DNA from: Spirochaetota bacterium
GTDB taxonomy: Bacteria > Spirochaetota > UBA4802 > JAFGJZ01
Direction of reading: 5' to 3'
DNA length: 64,000 nt
NCBI GenBank assembly: GCA_027858855.1
Contig: JAQIBV010000021.1
Coordinates: forward strand, 2,816-66,815
Each line of letters begins with the position of its first letter. Position 1 is the stretch's first letter. This document shows, in pieces, positions 7,316-17,900 of the stretch. The position numbers and the translations under genes are program-made. The notes below the pieces were generated by a model. The model was given only the letters and a program-made list of their open reading frames with translations, made no database searches and was not told the origin of the DNA.

Positions 7316-9498
7316 GCAGTACTATTATTGTTTCAAACCGCTTACCAATCAATATTTCCATCGAACAGGATAAAATAATATATCAGCAGAGTATCGGTGG
7401 GTTAGCAACAGGACTTAAAAGTTTTCATGAAGATGAAAATTCTCTTTGGGTCGGCTGGAACGGATTAAATACAGAAGAGGTTCCGGAAGCGCTTGAAAAA
7501 ACAATTACTGATGAATTAAAAACTAAATATAATTGTGCCCCAGTTTTACTTACCCAGGATGATATAGAAAACTACTACCTTGGTTTTTGCAATAAAACCA
7601 TATGGCCCCTATTTCACTATTTTCAGAATACTACAGTTTTTGACCCACATCTGTGGGAATCATATAAACTGGTAAATCAAAAATTTTATAACACTCTTAT
7701 AAAACTCATTAAAAAAGGGGATACTGTATGGATACATGATTATCAACTTTTTTTATTACCTCAACTTTTACGGGAATATGACAGCACATTGACTATCGGC
7801 TTTTTCCTTCATATACCCTTTCCTTCATATGAGCTGTTTCGTCAACTTCCATGGAGAGAAGAGATACTCTGGGGACTTACAGGTTCCGATCTAATCGGGT
7901 TCCATACTTTTGACTATGCTCGACACTTCATAAGCAGTATTCGAAGAATTCTTTCTTTAGACGCCAAAGGACAAAACTTCTTTTATAAAGATCGTACAAT
8001 TTTAGTCGATGTTTTCCCAATGGGCATAGACTATGATAAATTCAGTACCGCAATAAACAACAAGGACATTCAACATGCAAATATCGAATATGCTGTTAAG
8101 ACCCGGGGCAACCAGGTTGTCCTCTCTGTGGATCGTCTTGATTATACCAAAGGGATACCCGAAAGATTAAAAGCTGTAGATCTCTTCTACACAAATAATC
8201 CTAACTATCTTGAAAAGGTTACCTTCATTATGATAGTTGCACCCTCTCGAGCAGATGTCGACACCTACATGTCTCTTCTAAAAGAGATTGAAGAGCTGGT
8301 TAGTCACACAAATGGAAAGCACGGAACCATCGGATGGACTCCAATTATGTTTTTCTACAAGCCATTCCCGTTCTCGGAACTGGTTTCTCTTTATAATCTG
8401 GCGGACGTACTTCTTGTTACTCCTTTACGGGATGGAATGAATCTTGTTGCAAAAGAGTATATTGCTTCGCGGCCAGATAAACTGGGCACCCTAATATTAA
8501 GCGAAACTGCAGGCGCGGCCTCAGAGCTTGGAGAGGCTCTCATAGTTAATCCGAATGACCTTGAAATGATATCGCAACAATTAAAGGTTGCACTCGAAAT
8601 GCCTAAACGTGAGCAAATAGAAAGGAATACAATTCTTCACAAACGATTAAAGCGCTATAATATTTTCTTCTGGGCTAGTGAGTTTATGCGAAAACTTCAA
8701 AGCATTCATTTACGCCATACAACAATCAAATCCATTCTTCTTGCTAACAAAGAAGAATCAAAATTTTTGTCGGATTACAAAAAGGCCTCTAAACGACTAC
8801 TTTTTTTCGATTACGATGGAACTCTGGTTCAATTTAATAATTCACCACTCAAAGCTGTTCCAGATGCCGAGCTAAAACAGTATTTAACTCATCTTTCTAC
8901 AGATCCAAAAAACTGTCTTTCTGTTGTAAGTGGCCGACAAAAAGATTTTCTGGAAGAACACTTCGGCCCTTATAATGTAAATTTAATTGCAAATCACGGT
9001 TTATCTTTTAAAGAACCGAACAAAGACTGGATCGAAACTGAAATAGTTCATAATGAATGGCAAAGTGAAATTAGACCGATTATGCAACTCTTTACAGATA
9101 ATACTCCAGGTTCTTTCATTGAAGAGAAGACATTCTCTCTGGCTTGGCACTATCGACGTTGTGATCCTGATCTCAGTTCATTGCGACTTAATGAACTGAG
9201 GGAAACCCTGCTTGATTTAACCGGCACAATGAATCTTTCTATAATGGATGGTAACAAAGTACTGGAAATAAAGGACTCTTCTGTTAACAAAGGCAAAGGA
9301 ATTCAACCACTTCTCATCAAAAACTCATCAGTTGACTTTGTAATGGCAATTGGCGATGACCATACAGATGAAGATATGTTTCAGATCCTGGATGAAACTG
9401 ATTACTCAATCAAAATAGGCACAGGTAAAACTTCTGCCAAGTTCCATCTTCCAGATGCAGCATCTTTTCGTTCTCTTCTTGGAAAAATGATAAAATAA
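7312..9498 (+). CDS. otsAB: bifunctional trehalose-6-phosphate synthase (GT20, OtsA) / trehalose-6-phosphate phosphatase (HAD, OtsB) fusion
   Basis: N-terminal IVSNRLP... OtsA-like GT20 domain (~470 aa) followed by HAD phosphatase with LFFDYDGTL motif. Confidence 0.88.
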   Translation: MSSTIIVSNRLPINISIEQDKIIYQQSIGGLATGLKSFHEDENSLWVGWNGLNTEEVPEALEKTITDELKTKYNCAPVLLTQDDIENYYLGFCNKTIWPLFHYFQNTTVFDPHLWESYKLVNQKFYNTLIKLIKKGDTVWIHDYQLFLLPQLLREYDSTLTIGFFLHIPFPSYELFRQLPWREEILWGLTGSDLIGFHTFDYARHFISSIRRILSLDAKGQNFFYKDRTILVDVFPMGIDYDKFSTAINNKDIQHANIEYAVKTRGNQVVLSVDRLDYTKGIPERLKAVDLFYTNNPNYLEKVTFIMIVAPSRADVDTYMSLLKEIEELVSHTNGKHGTIGWTPIMFFYKPFPFSELVSLYNLADVLLVTPLRDGMNLVAKEYIASRPDKLGTLILSETAGAASELGEALIVNPNDLEMISQQLKVALEMPKREQIERNTILHKRLKRYNIFFWASEFMRKLQSIHLRHTTIKSILLANKEESKFLSDYKKASKRLLFFDYDGTLVQFNNSPLKAVPDAELKQYLTHLSTDPKNCLSVVSGRQKDFLEEHFGPYNVNLIANHGLSFKEPNKDWIETEIVHNEWQSEIRPIMQLFTDNTPGSFIEEKTFSLAWHYRRCDPDLSSLRLNELRETLLDLTGTMNLSIMDGNKVLEIKDSSVNKGKGIQPLLIKNSSVDFVMAIGDDHTDEDMFQILDETDYSIKIGTGKTSAKFHLPDAASFRSLLGKMIK

Positions 9499-9501
9499 AA
9501 A

Positions 9502-9536
9502 AGAAGAGAGAGCCAGTAGACTCTCTCTTCTTTTTT
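9502..9536 (+). terminator. rho-independent terminator after otsAB (11-bp stem agaagagagag/ctctctcttct + T6), A-run upstream makes it potentially bidirectional
   Basis: Seen directly in sequence. Confidence 0.8.
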
Positions 9537-9664
9537 ATAATCAGGATGAATTTAATCTCAAAAGAGATATTCTTGTTGTTATTCAATTATATACTAATTC
9601 ACCACATGGTTCGTTTCTTCAAATAAAAATCCATAGTCCTAAAAGATCCGTTATAAAGACTTTT

Positions 9665-10744
9665 TTACTTCTTACCGCTTACTTTGCTAAAAAATTCATC
9701 AAAAAGATAACGGGAATCATTCGGTCCCGGATTTGACTCTGGATGATATTGCACTGAAAATATTGGCAGATTGCAATGTTCAATACCTTCGACAGTATTA
9801 TCATTCAGGTTTATGTGTGTTATTTTAATATCAGCATTATCTTTCAATGAATCAAAATCCACAGCAAAACCATGATTTTGTGAGGTGATTTCGACTCGAC
9901 CGTTTTTAATGTTTTTAACAGGTTGATTTCCGCCTCGATGACCAAACTTTAATTTATAGGTGCTTCCACCCAAAGCAAGTGACAGAATTTGATGCCCCAA
10001 ACAAATTCCAAAACAGGGCTTTCCTGTCTTAATGATATCCTTAGCTAACGAAATTCCGCATTTTACAGCATCCGGATCTCCGGGGCCATTTGAAAGAAAA
10101 TATCCACTAACTTCCCCAATTTCTTCAATTGTTGCATTACAGGGAAACACTTTAACCTTGAAACCAGACTCCTGTAACAATCGTAAAATATTTGTTTTAA
10201 TTCCAAAATCTATAGCAGCAATAATCGGGCCTTCACCAGCTTCAGAGTAATCATACTTTTCTTTTATCGAAACCCTGGAAGCAAGATCAAGACCAGCCAT
10301 CAACGGAAACTTTTTTAACTTTTCAATAGCGTTTTCTTTTGAAAAGAAAATTCCGCCACGCAAAGCACCCTTGTCTCGAATATGCGTAGTAATTTTACGT
10401 GAATCGACTCCTTCAATTGCCGGTATTTTATTCTCGATCAAATAATCACCCAAAGACTTGTTAGAACGATAATTTGAATGGTGTTTACAATACTCTTTAA
10501 CGATTAAACCGGCGACTTGTACTCCTGCAGATTCAACATCCTCTTCATTAACCCCATAGTTACCGATCATCGGATAAGTCATGGTGACAATTTGCCCTGA
10601 GTAGGATGGATCTGTTAAAATCTCCTGATATCCCGACATAGATGTATTAAAGACTATTTCACCAAGAGACTCTCCCTCGTATCCGAAACTATAACCCTCT
10701 AATTCGAAACCATCTTCTAATATTAAATATGCTTTTTTCATCAT
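9665..10744 (-). CDS. carA: carbamoyl-phosphate synthase small (glutaminase) subunit
   Basis: CarA N-domain plus class-I GATase (GICLGHQ catalytic Cys); start re-called at ATG with GGAGAA SD (ORF track begins 10 codons earlier). Confidence 0.9.
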   Translation of the reverse strand: MMKKAYLILEDGFELEGYSFGYEGESLGEIVFNTSMSGYQEILTDPSYSGQIVTMTYPMIGNYGVNEEDVESAGVQVAGLIVKEYCKHHSNYRSNKSLGDYLIENKIPAIEGVDSRKITTHIRDKGALRGGIFFSKENAIEKLKKFPLMAGLDLASRVSIKEKYDYSEAGEGPIIAAIDFGIKTNILRLLQESGFKVKVFPCNATIEEIGEVSGYFLSNGPGDPDAVKCGISLAKDIIKTGKPCFGICLGHQILSLALGGSTYKLKFGHRGGNQPVKNIKNGRVEITSQNHGFAVDFDSLKDNADIKITHINLNDNTVEGIEHCNLPIFSVQYHPESNPGPNDSRYLFDEFFSKVSGKK

Positions 10745-10878
10745 AATTTCTCCAAAACTGTGTCTACAATTCAAAGCACAATAAAGTGCTTAAAATTAAA
10801 ATAATTTTTTCTTAAATAATTTTCAAACAAAACCATAATTAAATTTTATATTTTTTTCTTCGCCATCGACGAATAAAT

Positions 10879-11511
10879 TCAAATTTTTCCTTTCAACATT
10901 ATGTTGTTAATTTTCTCAAAACCGATTGTAGTAGATGGGCCATGACCCGGATATACAATAGTTTCATCATCATAAACCTTAATTAATCGATTATTAATAT
11001 TATTTATCAATTCCCTGTTACTGGTACTTCCCAGAAGATCAGTACGTCCTACCGCAAAGTTAAAAAGAGTATCTCCTGAAAAAATCATGGAGTCAATAAC
11101 ATAACAGATCGATCCTGCTGAATGACCACCAATATGCACCACATCGACCTTTCCAATTGATGTCTCAAAAGTTGTTGGAGCACTCAAGACATCATCTATT
11201 TCAAATTCTGCAGGACACTCCATCATCAGCATTTGAGCCTGCATCTTTAACGATTGAGCCATCTTGAGATCTTCTTTATGAAGTTTAACAGAGCAACTGG
11301 GAGAAAATGAAACAACCTCTGCCACACCAGCTATATGATCAAGATGACCATGAGTCAACCATACCATGGATATTTCTATTTCTTTATCTCTGCACATAGA
11401 AAGAATGTTTTTTACATCGTGTCCCGGATCGATTATAATCGACTTTTGATTGTCTTCTAAAAAATAGGTGTTAACGGAGAGAGGCCCATTGGGGAATACT
11501 TTAACTATCAT
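10879..11511 (-). CDS. MBL-fold metallo-hydrolase (glyoxalase II-like)
   Basis: THGHLDHIAG zinc-binding motif; 4-nt overlap with upstream methyltransferase. Confidence 0.8.
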   Translation of the reverse strand: MIVKVFPNGPLSVNTYFLEDNQKSIIIDPGHDVKNILSMCRDKEIEISMVWLTHGHLDHIAGVAEVVSFSPSCSVKLHKEDLKMAQSLKMQAQMLMMECPAEFEIDDVLSAPTTFETSIGKVDVVHIGGHSAGSICYVIDSMIFSGDTLFNFAVGRTDLLGSTSNRELINNINNRLIKVYDDETIVYPGHGPSTTIGFEKINNIMLKGKI

Positions 11512-12134
11512 TGTTTTTTACACACCACTGTGAAATCATTTTGCAAGTAATCTTCGACAATTTTAAACGACTGAAATGAACATTGATCGACAATTTCTGC
11601 TGCTTCTTCTACAGAGTAATAGCAGTATGGATCTTCCTTATCATTTGATTTATCACTTAAAAGATTAAAAACCACATATTCATTTGCAATTTCTTTAAAA
11701 ATCATTAAAGCATCTTTAAGAAAGAGTAAATTAGTACTCTGTTTTAAATTAAAAATTCCAGAAGAATAGACTAAATCATAATTGTATTTTTCACAAAATT
11801 CTGTACTCGAAAAAATATCCCTGCATTCTATGTTTATTTCAGGATTCATCTTTAAAGCTTTTGAAATTATTTTTTTACAAATATCAACCCCATGATAGTC
11901 TTTCAGATTGATTCCGCGCTTCTGAATATAAAAAAAGAGATCTCCCAGACCGCAACCGACGTCCAGTAAAGATCTCCCGCTTAATTCAACATTTTCTGTA
12001 AGAATAAAAAACCTGAGATGTTGTGCTTCGCGACTTTCCCAACCAAGAATTTGATGATTTTCCTTAGATTCATCAAATTCTTTCTCATAATAATCCTGTA
12101 TGTGTTGAAAACAGTAATGCCTATTATTTTTCAA
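11508..12134 (-). CDS. class I SAM-dependent methyltransferase
   Basis: LDVGCGLGDL motif I; 11-nt overlap with upstream exonuclease gene. Confidence 0.75.
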   Translation of the reverse strand: MKNNRHYCFQHIQDYYEKEFDESKENHQILGWESREAQHLRFFILTENVELSGRSLLDVGCGLGDLFFYIQKRGINLKDYHGVDICKKIISKALKMNPEINIECRDIFSSTEFCEKYNYDLVYSSGIFNLKQSTNLLFLKDALMIFKEIANEYVVFNLLSDKSNDKEDPYCYYSVEEAAEIVDQCSFQSFKIVEDYLQNDFTVVCKKQ

Positions 12135-12789
12135 TCTCTTGCTTTACCTTTACTTCGACAAACATATCGTTTTGATTCTCAAGTGGTAAAAATCCTTTTT
12201 TAAGCATGCTTTTGTATATTTCAAGACAGACCCATGCGTCAGTTGCAGCATATTTTTGTTGCTGATCTGTCAAATCGGCTCGCTCCCAATTCGATTTTTG
12301 TGCAGATTTGGAAATACGTAATTGAAGAAAAAAAGCAGCCAGCGCCCTAACGCCCCGTTGATGAAACTTATGAACAGAAGCAATTTTCTCTAAATCAACA
12401 AATCCCTTCGATACTACGCCAAGAATTTTTTTTATCTCATACAATTCATCTTTAAGTCCAAGGCCAATTTTTAAAATGGACTCATTGCAAAAAAGCGGTG
12501 AAAAATCAGGTTTTATTTTCATTCTGTTAATTCTAAAAAGATATGCATTTTCTTCTGTTGCAAGCTGGACAAGAGCGATGGAATGAAATTCACCTTTACG
12601 GAAGGAGGGTTTTGACTCTGTATCAAACCCCAGAATTGAAGTATTCTGTGCTAAATTGTTGATAACAACTTGTGCCTCATCTTTATCAGATATTAACTGA
12701 ATACCACCTTCAAAACAACCAAGGTCACATTCATTAATCTCATCTTTGCTTATTGAATATTGAAATTCTTCCATTTTTTTTCCTGACAT
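12124..12789 (-). CDS. 3'-5' exonuclease domain protein (DnaQ-like/RNase D-like)
   Basis: ILGFDTE... ExoI, ...YAATDAW ExoIII-type motifs; start trimmed to first ATG downstream of ruvC stop (ORF-track start would overlap ruvC by 62 nt); alternative ATG at 12774 has AGGAAA SD. Confidence 0.75.
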   Translation of the reverse strand: MSGKKMEEFQYSISKDEINECDLGCFEGGIQLISDKDEAQVVINNLAQNTSILGFDTESKPSFRKGEFHSIALVQLATEENAYLFRINRMKIKPDFSPLFCNESILKIGLGLKDELYEIKKILGVVSKGFVDLEKIASVHKFHQRGVRALAAFFLQLRISKSAQKSNWERADLTDQQQKYAATDAWVCLEIYKSMLKKGFLPLENQNDMFVEVKVKQEIEK

Positions 12790-12841
12790 TATTGTTTGCG
12801 AGGTACTTGATTCGTCAAGAAAAATGCCGAATATTATCCAA

Positions 12842-13309
12842 CTATTTTCCCTGTATAGAAAACGAGTGACACGCCGCAATAGCCAGAGCATCAGCAGCAT
12901 CATCTGGTTGAGGAATCTCTTTCAAAGAAAAGATATTTTTAATCATTACCTGCATCTGTTTTTTATCAGCACGCCCATACCCCGTAAGCGCTTGTTTTAT
13001 CTGAAGAGGTGTATATTCCGTATATAAAACAACATGCTGGTGCAAAACAAGCAGAACAACACCAACAGCATGAGCTACATTCAGTGCGGTTGTCGTATTT
13101 TTAGAAAAAAACTGCCTTTCAATTGAAACAGTATCCGGTTTATATTCTGTTATAATAGAAGATAATTCGGTATAAATAACAAACATTCGCTCATCAATCG
13201 GCATTGAGGATGGTGTTTCAATTGCTCCATAATCAACAATTTTTAAGCCTTTATCAATAACACCCCATCCAAGTATCCCATAGCCGGGATCAATACCAAG
13301 TATTCGCAT
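12842..13309 (-). CDS. ruvC: crossover junction endodeoxyribonuclease RuvC
   Basis: MRILGIDPGYGILGWGVID N-terminus, 155 aa. Confidence 0.92.
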   Translation of the reverse strand: MRILGIDPGYGILGWGVIDKGLKIVDYGAIETPSSMPIDERMFVIYTELSSIITEYKPDTVSIERQFFSKNTTTALNVAHAVGVVLLVLHQHVVLYTEYTPLQIKQALTGYGRADKKQMQVMIKNIFSLKEIPQPDDAADALAIAACHSFSIQGK

Positions 13310-13310
13310 A

Positions 13311-14063
13311 TTACTCCTGAAGCTTTTCGATTATTTCATCAGAGATTTCATAATTGCCATATACATTCTGAATATCATCATGATCTTCCAAAAGATCTAC
13401 AAGCCGTAAACACTGCTCTGCTTTTTTTTCATCAAGTTCTACAGTAGTTTGAGGTATATACGTTATCTCACTAAAAGAAGTTTTAAATTCTTTAGAATTT
13501 ATCAGCTCGTTTACATCATTGTATGAGTCCGAAGCAATGGTTATTGTAATTGTATCATCATCATTATTTATGATGTCTTCAACATCATAGTCGACGATCA
13601 TTTCCATTATTGTATCTTCATCAGTTTGTCCAGGCTCTATAACAATTATCCCCTTTTTATCAAAGAGAAAGTTAACACATCCAGATTCGCCTAAATTGCC
13701 GCCATTTTTTCCAAAAATTGTTCTGATTTCAGGATAAGTTCTATTTTTATTGTCGGTAATAACATCCACCATCAATGCAACACCACCAGGGCCATATCCT
13801 TCATAACGCATCTCTTCATAAACAACACCTTCCATCTTTCCGGAAGCCTTCAGAACAGCACGCTCAATATTGTCCATTGGCATGTTGTTTTCTCGTGCCT
13901 TTGCAATAGCTGTACGCAAACGAGGGTTAGAGGCGGGATCTTCCCCCCCATTTTTTACTGAAACGGTAATCTCTCGTATCAGTTTTGTAAAAATAGCTCC
14001 ACGCTTGGCATCAATCGCACCTTTTTTACGCTTAATAGTTGACCACTTATTATGACCCGACAT
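13311..14063 (-). CDS. yebC: YebC/PmpR family DNA-binding transcriptional regulator
   Basis: MSGHNKWSTIKRKK N-terminus, 250 aa; conserved ruvC neighbour. Confidence 0.9.
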   Translation of the reverse strand: MSGHNKWSTIKRKKGAIDAKRGAIFTKLIREITVSVKNGGEDPASNPRLRTAIAKARENNMPMDNIERAVLKASGKMEGVVYEEMRYEGYGPGGVALMVDVITDNKNRTYPEIRTIFGKNGGNLGESGCVNFLFDKKGIIVIEPGQTDEDTIMEMIVDYDVEDIINNDDDTITITIASDSYNDVNELINSKEFKTSFSEITYIPQTTVELDEKKAEQCLRLVDLLEDHDDIQNVYGNYEISDEIIEKLQE

Positions 14064-14132
14064 AGTTAACTCCGAATATTTTTTATGATAAACCGTCCAT
14101 CAATAATTATACTAATAAATTGTACCCATCAG

Positions 14133-15431
14133 TTAATATCCTCGGTTTATTTTCAACTGAATTTTTTCAATCATTTCACGCGCTTTGTTAGGTTGATAAT
14201 TATACTTTATAGCTTCACGATAATAAAGAAGTGAATTTTCAAGATCGCCCACTTTTTCATAAACAACAGCTGTTTTCCAGCGCCTATTACCTGAAGTATG
14301 TTTTCGAAGTTCATAACTCAACTGAATTTCTTCTCGTTTTAGTCGAGCCTGTTCTTGTTTTAAGTATTGATACTCATTATACTGCACATAATTGTTATTT
14401 TTTAAAAGCTCAATTTTAAGCTCATTCATCTTCGTTTTCAACTCATTAATTTCTTCTCGTTTGTTTTTCAAATTATTCTCGTAATCCTTTTCAAGCTCTA
14501 TACTTTTTAGAAACCATTCAAGAGCAACACTGTATTTCATTCTTTTGTATGCAATATCACCCAAGTGCTCCATACTTTTAGACCGCTTTAACGATTCAGA
14601 CTCCGGCGCTTTTTGTGTAACCTGTAAATAACTATTCTGTGCCAAATCATAATTACCAGTCTCTTTAAAGGCAAGGTTACCCACTACATAATAAATGTTA
14701 TAATCATTTTCTTTTTCAAGGAACAATAAATAGTATTTTTCAGCTTCCAGATTCTTATTTATATCAGCATTTTGATTCGCAATTTTTATAAATATAGATG
14801 GGTCATCAACTTCATAAGATAGGAGCTTCGCATAATAAACCAGATAATAGATAGATTTTCTTTTGTCTCGACTGTTATAGTAAGAGATTCCAAGGTCATG
14901 AGAATATTCAGCTATTGCCGGATTAAGCCGAAAAGCGATTTCCAGACTATTACGATAAGCAATTTCGTTTTCAGAATCACGATATATTCTGGATAAAAGA
15001 GCAAAAAGATAATCGTCTTTTCTAAATTCTATTTTTTTATACCGTAAAGATTGATGCAGATGGGAGGATGCTCTTTTATATTCCTTATTGCGATAATTAA
15101 TTATTGCTGCATCATAGTGCAATTTATGGAGCTCGGGGTTCTCTTCGATTAAAAAATTCTCAACCGTACGCTCATTAAAAAGAGAATTAACATCTATTTC
15201 CTGCTCAATGGATGCAAAGCTTATAAAGTTCGAAGGGATGCGTTTATTCGAAGTGTTTTTACTATTTATTTCAGCTATTTGTTCTTCAATTTTTTCTGTA
15301 GCCTTATCATACTCTCCCGCTTCCAACAGCTCCTGATATGTACGGCTATCTTCATCAGCAAAAGTTTGAGCAAATTGATACTCATTCACCAAAAGGGAAA
15401 AAACAAGCAACACTAAATAATACTGTTTCAT
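14133..15431 (-). CDS. secreted TPR-repeat / coiled-coil protein
   Basis: Signal peptide MKQYYLVLLVFSLLVNEYQFAQT, TPR-like repeats, K/E-rich coiled coil. Confidence 0.6.
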   Translation of the reverse strand: MKQYYLVLLVFSLLVNEYQFAQTFADEDSRTYQELLEAGEYDKATEKIEEQIAEINSKNTSNKRIPSNFISFASIEQEIDVNSLFNERTVENFLIEENPELHKLHYDAAIINYRNKEYKRASSHLHQSLRYKKIEFRKDDYLFALLSRIYRDSENEIAYRNSLEIAFRLNPAIAEYSHDLGISYYNSRDKRKSIYYLVYYAKLLSYEVDDPSIFIKIANQNADINKNLEAEKYYLLFLEKENDYNIYYVVGNLAFKETGNYDLAQNSYLQVTQKAPESESLKRSKSMEHLGDIAYKRMKYSVALEWFLKSIELEKDYENNLKNKREEINELKTKMNELKIELLKNNNYVQYNEYQYLKQEQARLKREEIQLSYELRKHTSGNRRWKTAVVYEKVGDLENSLLYYREAIKYNYQPNKAREMIEKIQLKINRGY

Positions 15432-15645
15432 TTTACCCCTTACATTTGATACTTTATACTTTTAAAAAAGTCAGGAGCATGCATGTTTAAGAGGCATACT
15501 CAAGAAATTTTGAGTTTGAGTCGATTATCAAGAACATTAAGACTAATTATGCTATTTGATATGATTATCGGATATTTTTATAATTAGTGAAAGATTAAAT
15601 TTCGACGTCAGGAAGGAATTGATAGAAGCTACTTATTACGAAGAC

Positions 15646-16254
15646 TTAAACCTTACGAAGTTTTACTACCCGTTTTTTAATTTTTGGAGCACCTTCAGGA
15701 TTATACTTATTCTGAACTGTCTCAATATCATTCCGTAAAAGGTCAAAAACTACCGATTCAGATTTATTCAACACATCAATCAAAATCAATTTTTCTTCAT
15801 CGGTAAAATCTTTAAGAAGATACTCTTCCATTTTTTCATCTTTTCCAGGTGAACCAACGCCTATGCGCACCTTGGCAAATCGTTCTGACTTAAGGCCCTT
15901 TTCCATAGAAAGAACACCTTCATGCTTAATTCCAGAAAGCATATAGTCAACCCGAAGATCGCCTAAATCAAGAGTAGAATCTTCAAAAATACAAATCACA
16001 TCTTTAACATTAATTCGTAGAAAGGAGGCGATATAGAGAACCGATTCGCCAATTAAATTGACGAAGGTTTGAGGTTTAAGAAGAACGACATCTTGGTTAT
16101 CGATTTTACCACGGCCGATTATTGATTTTTTCTTTTTAACACGGACATCAATATTAGCATTGTTCGCCAGAATTTCGATTACCTTAAAACCAATATTCTG
16201 GCGATTATTTACATGCTTATCACCCGGATTTCCAAATCCAACAATTAATTTCAA
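15646..16254 (-). CDS. pth: peptidyl-tRNA hydrolase
   Basis: MKLIVGFGNPGDKH... Pth family. Confidence 0.88.
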   Translation of the reverse strand: MKLIVGFGNPGDKHVNNRQNIGFKVIEILANNANIDVRVKKKKSIIGRGKIDNQDVVLLKPQTFVNLIGESVLYIASFLRINVKDVICIFEDSTLDLGDLRVDYMLSGIKHEGVLSMEKGLKSERFAKVRIGVGSPGKDEKMEEYLLKDFTDEEKLILIDVLNKSESVVFDLLRNDIETVQNKYNPEGAPKIKKRVVKLRKV

Positions 16255-16311
16255 ACAGCAAACTCCTGTAATTTTTACTAAACAGGATTACATCAAAAAA
16301 GTACAGAGATT

Positions 16312-16917
16312 TTACTCTGCATCTGCAATAACTTCGCTCTCTTCTTCCGGCTCTTCATCATCAGAAGTACGCAAAGTAACAACATGTGCAAGAGAATGAC
16401 TTGCATCCTGTTTAAATGACATAGAATCCGGTACTTTAAGATCTGATATATGTACAGATTCACCTATTTCAAGTTTTGTTACATCAACAACAATTTTTTC
16501 CAGAAGATCTCTAGGCAAAACTTCCACTTCAATTTCACGTTCAATTGGCTCAAAAACTCCACCTTTTTTTACACCAGCTGGAGATCCAACAAACTCAAGT
16601 GCCACAAATGTATGAATTTTTTCACCATCTGTTACTTTAAAGAAGTCTAGATGTATCATTTGATCAGTAACCGGATGTTTCTGATAATCTTTTATATATG
16701 CATCCTGTTCTTTACCATCTATCATAAGAGTCAAAATGACACTTTCAGAAATATGTCCTTTAAATAGACCAGTGAATTCCTTTTGACAAACTGATATAGA
16801 CTCTCCAACTCCATGCGAATAGACCACAGCGGGGATCATTCCTGATGCTCGTAGTCGTCTGTTAATATTTTTCCCTGTTTCAGACCGTTTTTCTGCCTTT
16901 AACACTAAAGATCCCAT
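16312..16917 (-). CDS. rplY: 50S ribosomal protein L25 / general stress protein Ctc (long form)
   Basis: L25 beta-barrel plus acidic C-terminal extension; prs-ctc-pth synteny. Confidence 0.88.
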   Translation of the reverse strand: MGSLVLKAEKRSETGKNINRRLRASGMIPAVVYSHGVGESISVCQKEFTGLFKGHISESVILTLMIDGKEQDAYIKDYQKHPVTDQMIHLDFFKVTDGEKIHTFVALEFVGSPAGVKKGGVFEPIEREIEVEVLPRDLLEKIVVDVTKLEIGESVHISDLKVPDSMSFKQDASHSLAHVVTLRTSDDEEPEEESEVIADAE

Positions 16918-16940
16918 TTTTTCCTCACTAACTATTATAA

Positions 16941-17900
16941 TTATACGAAAAGATTACTAACTGATTCTCCTGAGTAAATTCGCTTTATTGCTTCAGAGAA
17001 GAGGGAACATGTTCTTAATACTGTAATATTATCGAGCATCTTTTCTTCCGGAATCGGAATTGTATCAGAGAAAATAATCTCTTTAAAATTTGCGCTTTGC
17101 AAATTAGCAACAGCATTTCCAGACAAAACCGGATGAGTTGCTATACAATAAATATCTTTTGCACCAAAGTCTTTCAAAGCCTTCGCTCCACCCGAAATGG
17201 AGCCTGCTGTATCAATTATGTCATCTATTAATAAACAATTTTTTCCTTCTACTTCGCCAATTACATTCATAATTTCACAAACGTTAGCCTTAGGACGGCG
17301 TTTATCAATTATTGCGAGACCACATTGCAGATATTTAGCAAGATATCGAGCTCTATCGGTACCGCCACTGTCAGGAGAAACCACTACAAGATCACTAATT
17401 TTTAAGGAATTGAAGTAGCCAATAGCAATAGGTGTTAAAAAAAGATTATCTACCGGAACATCAAAAAAACCCTGAATCTGATCGGCATGTAGGTCCATGG
17501 TTAAAACACGATGAACACCTGCTTTCATAAGCAAGTTAGCAACCAGTTTTGCCGAAATTGGAACACGAGGTTCAACCTTACGATCTTGACGTGAATAACC
17601 GAAGTAGGGAATTACAGCCGTAATTGTTCTAGCAGAAGCACGCTTAGCAGCATCAATCATTAAAAGTAATTCCATAAGATTGTCATTTGAAGGTTTACAT
17701 GTTGACTGAACAATGAAAACATCACAACCACGAACACTTTCTTTGATTTTTACAAAAATTTCACCATCAAGAAACTTTTTACACTCAGAATCTGTTAAAG
17801 AAATACCCAATTTCCCTGTAATATCAAGAGCAAGGGTTTTATTGGAATTACAACTAATAATCTTTATATCATGTTTTTTTTTCGTTATATCAAAATTCAT
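16941..17900 (-). CDS. prs: ribose-phosphate pyrophosphokinase
   Basis: PRPP synthetase motifs (GGTDRARYLA, DDIIDTAGS); start re-called at MNFDI (ORF-track start overlaps upstream gene by 68 nt). Confidence 0.9.
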   Translation of the reverse strand: MNFDITKKKHDIKIISCNSNKTLALDITGKLGISLTDSECKKFLDGEIFVKIKESVRGCDVFIVQSTCKPSNDNLMELLLMIDAAKRASARTITAVIPYFGYSRQDRKVEPRVPISAKLVANLLMKAGVHRVLTMDLHADQIQGFFDVPVDNLFLTPIAIGYFNSLKISDLVVVSPDSGGTDRARYLAKYLQCGLAIIDKRRPKANVCEIMNVIGEVEGKNCLLIDDIIDTAGSISGGAKALKDFGAKDIYCIATHPVLSGNAVANLQSANFKEIIFSDTIPIPEEKMLDNITVLRTCSLFSEAIKRIYSGESVSNLFV

